Source: a virus. Taken from it: a stretch of 35,212 nt of DNA. Positions 9,822 through 18,600 of this stretch are shown piece after piece. Position 1 is the first letter of the stretch, and each line of letters opens with the position of its first letter. The notes below the pieces were generated by a model. It had not been told where the DNA came from, searched no databases, and worked only from the letters and a program-made list of their open reading frames with translations. The stretch lies in the IMG/VR virus record IMGVR_UViG_3300025289_000016. One strand, written 5' to 3'. The position numbers were made by a program, and so were the translations under genes.

Positions 9822-9845
9822 ACTAAAGGATAAGGAGAAAATCTT

Positions 9846-10208
9846 ATGGGAAAAGTGTTTATGTATCATCTGAATTACAAGAAAGGTAAGATATTTGAGG
9901 AAGAAGAAATTAAAGGTTTAGATTCTGATTGGGTGGATACTCCCGCAAAACTTCTCTCAAATACTATTGCTTCTCTTGAAGAAAGTCCTGATTGGATTGC
10001 AGCAAACAAACTTTTATCATCAGAAAAAGGTTTAGATGTAGAATCTCTTTTACAAGAATTAAATTTGAAACCAAATGTGATAAATAGGCAGCTGGGTAAT
10101 CGCATTCTAAAACATGTTTTAGAAAAATATAAAGAGAAAATCAGGGAAGAGGATGGAAGATACTACTTTAAAAGTAATGATTTAGAAAATCAATCAACTT
10201 TCTTATGA
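9846..10208 (+). CDS. hypothetical protein
   Basis: ORF track; AAGGAGAAAATCTTATG start context. Confidence 0.4.
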   Translation: MGKVFMYHLNYKKGKIFEEEEIKGLDSDWVDTPAKLLSNTIASLEESPDWIAANKLLSSEKGLDVESLLQELNLKPNVINRQLGNRILKHVLEKYKEKIREEDGRYYFKSNDLENQSTFL

Positions 10209-10216
10209 GGTGATAT

Positions 10217-10930
10217 ATGTCAGTAATGACTGCTGAAAATATTATTAGACAGGCTCTATTAAAAATTGAAGCGGTAGGATTTAATGATATAGTATCCACC
10301 CAATTAAAAAGTGATGGATTGATAGCATTAAATAACCTTATAAGTTCATGGAGCGCAGAGGGGTTAAATATACCCTATATAACTCTATATAATTCAGTCC
10401 TAACTGTGGATAAAGCTTCTTATACAATTGGAAGTGGTGGGGATTTTAATACTACTAGACCCATTCAAATAAGAAATGCCTTTATAAGAGATTCATCAGA
10501 TAACGATTATCCTGTGACAATAAAATCAATACTTGAATATGCTAAAATTGTGGATAAAACAGTTACAGGTAGACCCTATTGGCTATTCTATAATCCAGAA
10601 TGGACTTTAGGTAAGATTTATCTATATCCTGTTCCAGATGATACTGAAAGCTTACATCTTGATATGTTTGTTGCATTATCAGAAATTAGTGTAGTAACCG
10701 ATAATGTTAATCTTCCAAATGAGTATAAACGAGCATTGATATATAATTTAGCAGTAGAACTTTCGTCAACCTTCAATACAGAAAATTTGTTGATAATTAA
10801 AAATATAGCAGATGAATCAAAGAGAATAATTAAGGCTTTAAATATTAAACCATTACCAGTACTATCAGTAGATAATGCGTTAATAGGTAGCGGGGCTAGA
10901 TATAATATATATACGGATAGCTACAACTAA
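10217..10930 (+). CDS. head-tail adaptor / DNA-stabilisation-type protein
   Basis: Assigned by position between head and tail-hub genes and by size. GAGGTGA SD. Confidence 0.45.
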   Translation: MSVMTAENIIRQALLKIEAVGFNDIVSTQLKSDGLIALNNLISSWSAEGLNIPYITLYNSVLTVDKASYTIGSGGDFNTTRPIQIRNAFIRDSSDNDYPVTIKSILEYAKIVDKTVTGRPYWLFYNPEWTLGKIYLYPVPDDTESLHLDMFVALSEISVVTDNVNLPNEYKRALIYNLAVELSSTFNTENLLIIKNIADESKRIIKALNIKPLPVLSVDNALIGSGARYNIYTDSYN

Positions 10931-10933
10931 ATT

Positions 10934-12499
10934 ATGAGACTAATATCTGTTTATCAAATACCCTGTAATCAAGGTGGATTAAACCATAATCCAAATATTG
11001 ATATGATACCACCAGTTGTAATGGTGCATCCTTCACGGAATATTAATCTAAATGAAGGTGGTAGAGAATCTAGAGGTGGAACTTCTAAAGTAAATGCAAG
11101 TGCTGGTTATGGTGGTGCTAGAATTATGGGTACTTATGATTTTAGATTACAAAATGGTAATCAGTTTCAAGTCGTTGCTACCGCAGATGGAAAGATATGG
11201 AAAGATACTACAACCACCATAAAAACAGGTTGGACTATTGATAAACATGTTTCTTTTTCAGTAATGAACAATATTCTATATATTTGCAATGGTGCAAATA
11301 GACCCCAAGTGTGGAATGGATCAGCAGCTTCTACCTCAGATTTAACTAATATTCCAACTGATTGGGCAGGAGCTAGCTTCCCATTTCAGATGATAGTTCA
11401 TGGGAAAGGTGCTTCTGAGAGAATGTGGGCAATTGGTGCAAAGCCTAATACTATATATGCCTCTAAACTTAATAATGGAATAGCAGAGGCAGATTTTTCA
11501 GATGCAAATGTGCTTACTTTTTATATAGAGACAGGTGATAATAAGGGTATAGCAGGGGGGGTAGAATTTGGTGATAGGTTAATAGTTTTTAGTAAAAGAC
11601 AGGCATATATTATAGATGATACATCAACAAATACTGCCTATTGGGGATATTATAAGGCTCCATGGACTGGTGGGTTAGCTAATTATAACCTTATTGTTAA
11701 AACTCCAAATGATTTAATTGCAATGACCGATGATGGAGATATATATTCTGTTGTGGCAGTAGAATCCTATGGAGATTATAAGGCTGCTTCTATAGTTCGC
11801 CCTGCTTTTTTGGATAGGTGGATACGAGAATATATTAATTTAACTGAAATAGATAATTTTCACGCAGTTTATAATCCAACATTAAATTATATTGATTTTT
11901 TTATGGTTTATGAGAAACCAGGAGTTACTAATAATAATTTAGCGTTGCGTTATTTTATTGATCTTGGCCCCTTAGGGGGTTGGATGCCACAAGATAATCA
12001 ATCTCATGCTTCTGGATATGATGCCTCGTGTTCCTTTTTATGGAAAGTTAGTGAAGGGGAATATGAAATACGAACAGGAGATTATAGTGGACATATTTGG
12101 AAATTGGGAACTACAAGTAAAAATGATGATGGTAATGGATATTATGCTGGCTTTAAAACCCCACATATGACCTTTGGTGATGCTAGAACCACAAAACATT
12201 ATAAACGAGCTAGAGTTATATGTGAGCCCAAGGGTAATTGGAATATTCAAGTGAAAACATGGATTGATGGTAATGATAAAGGAGCTCAAAATATATCACC
12301 AGGTGATATTGGTGTGGTTTTAGATGAATTTGTATTAGATACTGATGTTTTAGGTGGACAGGAACTAACTGATACCTCTTTTGAAAATGAAAATATTGGT
12401 AAAAGAGTGCAATACGAAATATATAATTCTACTGTAGGAGAGAGTTTTTTTATCTCTAATATAATGGTTGATTTCAAACCTGTAGGAATTAGACTTTAA
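10934..12499 (+). CDS. tail hub / beta-propeller-like tail protein (P22 gp10-like by position)
   Basis: 521 aa with recurring beta-strand/Trp-Gly blade-like segments (ILYICNGANRPQVWNG, RMWAIGAKPNTIYAS). Translationally coupled to the upstream gene. Confidence 0.45.
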   Translation: MRLISVYQIPCNQGGLNHNPNIDMIPPVVMVHPSRNINLNEGGRESRGGTSKVNASAGYGGARIMGTYDFRLQNGNQFQVVATADGKIWKDTTTTIKTGWTIDKHVSFSVMNNILYICNGANRPQVWNGSAASTSDLTNIPTDWAGASFPFQMIVHGKGASERMWAIGAKPNTIYASKLNNGIAEADFSDANVLTFYIETGDNKGIAGGVEFGDRLIVFSKRQAYIIDDTSTNTAYWGYYKAPWTGGLANYNLIVKTPNDLIAMTDDGDIYSVVAVESYGDYKAASIVRPAFLDRWIREYINLTEIDNFHAVYNPTLNYIDFFMVYEKPGVTNNNLALRYFIDLGPLGGWMPQDNQSHASGYDASCSFLWKVSEGEYEIRTGDYSGHIWKLGTTSKNDDGNGYYAGFKTPHMTFGDARTTKHYKRARVICEPKGNWNIQVKTWIDGNDKGAQNISPGDIGVVLDEFVLDTDVLGGQELTDTSFENENIGKRVQYEIYNSTVGESFFISNIMVDFKPVGIRL

Positions 12500-12540
12500 T
12501 ACTGTATAAATATACAGTAGATTGAGTATGAGGAGAATTT

Positions 12541-13707
12541 ATGGGACTTTTAACTAGAATTAAAATTTGGATTTCAGGAGAGAAACTTTATGCCTCTGAT
12601 TTGAATGCAGAATTTAATAATATTTTAAATAATTTAGACCACACTAAAATAGAAGACGAATCTACCAATATAACTGCCATGAGAGCACTTGCGGATCCCT
12701 ATCCCGGTGGAGCAGAAAGTTTAGCAACCGATTCACAAGACGAAATTCATAGATTACGATACCTCTTAAAACAATTAACACAAACTACTCAATGGTATAT
12801 ATATCCCGATTTAGTCACTAAAACAGCTGCATATACTGCTACCCTAAACGATAAAATAATTCTCTGCGATGCTACAGCTGGAGCTTTTACTATAACCCTA
12901 CCGACTGCGGTAGGTAATAGAGATAAACGATTTATTATTAAAAAGATAGATTCTTCTACTAATACAGTAACAATAGATGGGAATGGTGCTGAAACTATTG
13001 ATGGTGTAGCAACAAAGATATTACAGTATCAGTATCAAAGTATAGATATTATTTCAGACAATGCTAATTGGATAATTGTTTATAATATCAATGTAAATGC
13101 GTTAGAAGATTCTGTTGTCACTAAAACAGCTGCCTATACTGCTACCCTAAACGATAAAACAATTTTATGTGATGCTACAACTGCAGCGTTTACCGTAACC
13201 CTACCGACTGCGGTGGGTTGTAAGGGGAAAAAGTTTATCATTAAAAAGACAGATTCCACTATAAATACAGTAACAATAGATGGGAATGGTGCTGAAACTA
13301 TTGATGGTGTAGCAACAAAAATATTAACAAATCAATATTATGGTGTTTCAATTATTTCAAATAATACTAATTGGATAATTGAACAAAGCATATTTTCTAC
13401 TAATCTAGTTGCATCTGGTAATATACTTGTTCTATCGAATTCAGTACAAGATATTACTATTTCTACCACAAAAGGAGAGCTTCATTGTTTTTATCTTCAT
13501 TCTATTTGGTGCTCATCTGCTGCTACTCAATCATATACCTATGGTGTTGATGTTACAGGTGGTGAACTAGTGAGTCCAAGTGTTCACTCTTATATAATAA
13601 GGACAGGAACAGTAGGCGCCGAAAGTGTATACCTTAGGATTGTTAATGGACATACTGTTAATTCTTTTACTATTGAATATAGAGTATATGAGATAATTTT
13701 ATTTTAA
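12541..13707 (+). CDS. tail fibre/spike protein with an internal tandem domain duplication
   Basis: GAGGAGAATTTATG start. Two ~101-aa repeats (VVTKTAAYTATLNDK...NWII). Confidence 0.6.
   Translation: MGLLTRIKIWISGEKLYASDLNAEFNNILNNLDHTKIEDESTNITAMRALADPYPGGAESLATDSQDEIHRLRYLLKQLTQTTQWYIYPDLVTKTAAYTATLNDKIILCDATAGAFTITLPTAVGNRDKRFIIKKIDSSTNTVTIDGNGAETIDGVATKILQYQYQSIDIISDNANWIIVYNINVNALEDSVVTKTAAYTATLNDKTILCDATTAAFTVTLPTAVGCKGKKFIIKKTDSTINTVTIDGNGAETIDGVATKILTNQYYGVSIISNNTNWIIEQSIFSTNLVASGNILVLSNSVQDITISTTKGELHCFYLHSIWCSSAATQSYTYGVDVTGGELVSPSVHSYIIRTGTVGAESVYLRIVNGHTVNSFTIEYRVYEIILF
12814..13381 (+). repeat. Direct tandem duplication, period 303 nt (12814-13078 vs 13117-13381), inside the fibre gene
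   Basis: Aligned by eye. Long identical runs such as ACAGTAACAATAGATGGGAATGGTGCTGAAACTATTGATGGTGTAGCAACAAA. Confidence 0.9.
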
Positions 13708-13749
13708 TAATAATTATAATTAATTAAATTATAAAAAAGGAGTAAATAT

Positions 13750-14757
13750 ATGGCAAGACCAGGCGAAGGGTTATCAAGTAAAATAGATTGGGGACAACAG
13801 GGAGAAGATGCAGAGGCACAGATACAACGATATATATTAGAAAACCTCAAACGACAAGATGAGCTTACTCAATTATTGATGCCCTACCTTATGGAAGATT
13901 TAGGTTATAGAATTGTAGAAATTGATGGAAAGAGAACACTTGAACGGATTCCATGGGAAGCCCAATATGCAAAGATGACGCCTTCACAACAAAAACAATG
14001 GCAGATGGAACAAGCATTTATCAATCAGCAGATGGTATTTTCAGGTATCAATCCTGATACTTTTAAGAGATTTCGGAATGAAGAAGAAATGATGGGGTAT
14101 ATGACTCCAGAGCAACAGAGAACATATAGTCTACAAAAAGAAACCTCAGAATACCAATTAAGAGCATTAAGGGGTGAATTACCTGTATCTCCTGGACTTG
14201 AACGAGCACTTGGAAAACAGGAAGAAATGACAAGAGAGGAATTGTCTGCTAGATTAGGTTCCCAATATGAGCAAACTACTGCTGGTATACAAACTCTTGG
14301 TCAAGCTAAAGAAAGTGCTGAGATTACTAGAGAAGAAGCAAGAAGGGGTATGTTAACTACTGCTGCAGGAATAAGGGGTGCATTAAGTGGAGAGATGATG
14401 GGACAGCAACAGATGGCTGGACAGGGATACGGTCAAATGGTGGGTGTTAGAAGTGGATTACAACAACAAAGGTTAGCTGGGCTAGGTGGTGCGCCTGGAA
14501 TGTATGGCAATTTAACAGGTCAATATTTAGCTGCATTACAACCATATCAACAAGATAGATGGCAGCGAGCACAAATAGCAGCTATGAAGGAAGCAGGGCA
14601 AATGCAGTTAATGGGACAGATAATAGGAACAGGGATAGGAATAGCAGCTGGAGGGGATTATGTTAATGTTCCAGAAATTATTTATACACCAGATATACAA
14701 GAATTGGTAAATAAAATGTTAATGATTGATATAACTAATTATCAAGAGGGGGTATAA
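13750..14757 (+). CDS. internal virion / ejection protein candidate (Q/M/G-rich)
   Basis: Lies after the fibre gene. Low-complexity GQQQMAGQGYGQMVG region. AAAAGGAG SD. Confidence 0.4.
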   Translation: MARPGEGLSSKIDWGQQGEDAEAQIQRYILENLKRQDELTQLLMPYLMEDLGYRIVEIDGKRTLERIPWEAQYAKMTPSQQKQWQMEQAFINQQMVFSGINPDTFKRFRNEEEMMGYMTPEQQRTYSLQKETSEYQLRALRGELPVSPGLERALGKQEEMTREELSARLGSQYEQTTAGIQTLGQAKESAEITREEARRGMLTTAAGIRGALSGEMMGQQQMAGQGYGQMVGVRSGLQQQRLAGLGGAPGMYGNLTGQYLAALQPYQQDRWQRAQIAAMKEAGQMQLMGQIIGTGIGIAAGGDYVNVPEIIYTPDIQELVNKMLMIDITNYQEGV

Positions 14758-14758
14758 T

Positions 14759-15697
14759 ATGCCAAATTTTCAATATCAAGATCCGTATAGTGCATTTGGT
14801 GGTGGGTTAGCAGGTGGATTTCAAATGGGAACCCAAATCTGGGCTATGAAGGAAGAAAGAGCTAGAAGAAAGCTAGAAGGAGATATTCAGAAATTAAATA
14901 TATCTCTAAATATTATGCAAAACGATAATTTACCCGATGCAGCAAAAACGGATGTATATAATAATACTTATATTCCTATTATGAATAGATTAAACCCACA
15001 AACTCAATATACTCCAATGTCATCTTGGGAAACAGACGCCTCTAAATCTATGAGAAGACTCAAAAATATAATGGATGATAAGGATATGTCCCTTCCTAGC
15101 AAATTAGGTATGCTGAACGAAATGGAAACAGAAACAAGTATGATAGGAAAGAAAATAGATATTTCTCATTATAGAGCTGGAATAGAAAGAGATACAAGGG
15201 AAAGAGAATTAACAACCCCAGAAGGGTTAACGGGGCTTGGGCAACAGATTAAATCTCAATATGGAGAGGCTGGTATAGCAGGTTACCGAGAAAAGGGAAT
15301 TTCAGGAATTGGGGGTTTACCAACAACAGAGGATTCAGTTGGAAAAGCTGGAACTACTAAAAAACAGATTGAAGATAGAGTTGTGGAAATTAGTAAAGAT
15401 TCTCAAGAATACGCCTTAAAACTTTTAGGATTAAATAAAACAGCAATTACCTACTATTTACAAAATCCCGATCAAATTACTAGCCCAACAGAAGGAATTA
15501 CTCCTAAACAACTTGAAAAATTTTGGGAATATTATTGGACTAGAGCATCACAACTTGCCGATCCTAATATTCTTAAAATAATGAGAGAGAGAGCAGAGCA
15601 ACCTGTTACATATCCAAAAACTACACCTACTCCTGGTACTCCTATTCCTGGCACTGCCGAAGATTATATCAATAAATATAAGGGTGGATTGAAATGA
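14759..15697 (+). CDS. internal virion / ejection protein candidate
   Basis: Assigned by position. GAGGGGG SD. Overlaps the next gene by ATGA. Confidence 0.4.
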   Translation: MPNFQYQDPYSAFGGGLAGGFQMGTQIWAMKEERARRKLEGDIQKLNISLNIMQNDNLPDAAKTDVYNNTYIPIMNRLNPQTQYTPMSSWETDASKSMRRLKNIMDDKDMSLPSKLGMLNEMETETSMIGKKIDISHYRAGIERDTRERELTTPEGLTGLGQQIKSQYGEAGIAGYREKGISGIGGLPTTEDSVGKAGTTKKQIEDRVVEISKDSQEYALKLLGLNKTAITYYLQNPDQITSPTEGITPKQLEKFWEYYWTRASQLADPNILKIMRERAEQPVTYPKTTPTPGTPIPGTAEDYINKYKGGLK

Positions 15698-18600
15698 ATG
15701 GATTACCAAGTTGGGAATCAATAATAAAGACTCCCGATTGGCAACAAATTACAGATGAAGAAAAAAATAATGTTTTTAAATCCTATCTAAAAAACATATC
15801 ACAGCTCCCAGATTGGAGACAACTGTCTCAACCTGAAAAATTTAATGTTACTAGAACAATGGAAAAGCAAGGGGGACTTTATGAGGAACCCAAAAGACCA
15901 TCCATTATTAAAGAATTAATAGTCCCTACCATAAAAGAAATACCAGAAAGAACAATTAGTGGAGTTAAACGATTAGGTAAAGATATTAGCATAGGTGCAA
16001 GGCAATCTTTTGCTAATATGTATCATTTACTTGCTAATATCCCAGGACTGGAAGCTAAAATTGTAGATAAAGTTAGTGCAATAACAGGTCTTCCTAAAAG
16101 TGATTCATTTAAAATCGCTGAAAAATATTTAAGAGATGCCGCAGAACGAGTTGCACCATCTATTGAAGAAGTTAAGGATTATGATAGTTTACTGGATAAA
16201 TTTACACAGGGCATAGGTGCTCTGCCCGGAACCCTAGCTGAGTATGGACCCATAGTTGCACTAAAGGGACCTACCATAGGAATGGCTGTAGTGGATGCCT
16301 TAAGAGAATCTGATAAAGGACTTGTGAATTCCTTAATAGGTGGATTTAGAGGGGCTATAACAGGAAAGGGGTTAGAATTGATAAGTGGTCTGGGACTTCC
16401 CCCTACTAAAAAAGCAATTGCAACAGGTGGATTATTTGCTACAGAACCGCTTGCAAAAGGAGAATATAAAGAAGCTGTAACAGCAGGTGGGCTAGGTATT
16501 GTTCTTGGGCGTATTGGTGGTAAAGAAACAAAAGGAATACGATATGATGCCGAAGCTATTAAAAAGCTTGAGGCTATAGAAAAAGCAGAACGGTATGAAG
16601 TATCTCCCCCCGAAGGTGGGAAATTTATCGACATTAAAAAAACCCCAGAGCCTATAAAAGAAGAAATATATAAGACTGCTGGTGAAGAATATTATAGAGT
16701 AGATAATGCAAAAAAACCCTTTAGAGATTCTTATATATATGGGGGTCCAAAAGCTAAAGAAACTGCTGAAGCCATGGCTAGAAAAATAGCAACATCGTAT
16801 AACAAGGATCAAATAGTATATAAAGTTGATCCTAAAGAAATAGAAAAAAAAGGTGGTAAAGTAACCGGGGTATGGGAAGAAGGAACAGTTGTTATTAAGA
16901 CAGAAAAAGAAATGTCTCCAGAAGCTCTTACCCCCATTAGTGAGCCAATTAAATCATTTACACCAGAACAAGCACGATCCATCATAAGATTAAAATCTCT
17001 TGAGACCCATCCCAAACATACAGAATTTGTTGCTCTTGAAATCTCTAAAAAATTAGGGAAGGAAATAACATCAAAGGATATATTAAAATCAGCAAAGGAA
17101 ATTGAAAAGAACAATATACCTGCTGATGATATTCAAAGAGAATTAGTTAAAATGGCATATACTGATAAATTAAATAGATATGCAGCTATGTCAAAGGAAC
17201 AAGCTGAAAGCGAATATGCCAAAACTGTAGTAGAAATGAGAAGAAAGGCTGAAGAAATTCCTATTGAGAGGGATATTCTAAAGTTATCCGAATCTCATAA
17301 AAAGACCTTAAATATGGTTAGGAATGATATTATACAGGGTGAAGCTGGGAAAAAAGTAACTAACGAAGAAGGAAAATTTATATCAATCCCCTCTACCTTT
17401 CCTAAATATTTTCAAGATAAGGGGTATCTTAAAAAAGAAACACTAAAAACAATTGATAAAGCATTAAGAGATGAACCCTTAACTCAAAAACAACAAGCTA
17501 TTATTCAAGATTTGAATAGTGGTAAAAGGCAGGAAATATTAGAGCAATATAAATTTTATAAAGAAGGTGGCGTGCCGGGTGGAATATCAGCCATTGCTGA
17601 TATGGGAGATTATGCGTTAAGGGAAATGGAATTACCAGCTAAACCATTTATTCCTCAGAAATCTATATTACCTATTTCTGAATTACCTGAAATTGTTGAA
17701 TTATCAGCAAAAATCTCAAAAGGAGAAGTTCCTACAATTGTAAGTAAATTAAGAGCTGGAATGGGAAAAGCTCTTGGGCAATATAGAGAAGGTAAAACAT
17801 ATTTAAAGGCAGAAACAGCCAAAACTCCAGAAGTTGCAAAAAAGACTTTGGCTCACGAAATAGGACATCATGTTGAAAAATTACCACAGGATTATCAAAT
17901 ATTAGGAAAAGCTATCAAATGGACATCTGATATATCTTCTCCACTTTTAAAAAAACAAATCATGGACGAATTGAAAGTTGTATCTCAAATATGGAAACCT
18001 TTTAATGAGGCAGAGAATATTAGATTTACACGATATAGATATTCTCCAGACGAATTATATGCAGATGCATTTAGTGTTCTCATAAATGAACCTTCCTTAC
18101 TATTAGAAAAAGCTCCTATTTTTGTGGATAACTTTTTTAAGAATATAGATAAAAAACCTGAATTTAAAAAGGCGTATGAAAATATACAAGATAGATTAAC
18201 AAATGAAAATACAATAATAGAAAGTAGACATAACGAACTTACTAAAATGATGCAAGAGGGAACCAAGGCATTATTTGAATCTCCAGAAAAGGGCATAAAT
18301 GTATGGGAAGCTATTAAAAGAGAATTTATAACAAAAAATGGTGGTATAATAGATGCAATAAAAAGGGTAGAAAGAAAAACGGGGCAGAAGATTTCAAATG
18401 AAGAAAATCCCTTATATCTTATAGAGGAAATGCCTTATATTAGTGGTCAATTTTATCAACATCTTAGAGATATAACAAACAATATTCTAAATCCCGCATT
18501 GAAAAATAAAATATCAATAGATGATGTTGGAATGGTAGAATTTGCTAATAGAGTTATACATGAACGAAGTAATATTTTTAATCCAAAGGGGCATACCCCC

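Noticed and set aside
12500-12519. Palindrome TACTGTATA-AA-TATACAGTA after the tail-hub gene as a terminator
   Set aside because: The stem is AT-only with an essentially absent loop, and no U tract follows. It is kept only as a possible binding site.
12814-13381. Fibre-gene repeats as template/variable repeats of a diversity-generating retroelement
   Set aside because: No reverse transcriptase ORF is present in the window. Differences between the copies involve all four bases rather than adenine-specific changes.
16179-18296. Minus-strand ORFs inside the 1671-aa gene (16179..16634, 16492..16812, 16809..17114, 17985..18296), and similar antisense ORFs inside other large genes
   Set aside because: They lie entirely within strongly supported + strand genes and lack SD sequences. 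Their composition is low-complexity and typical of shadow frames.
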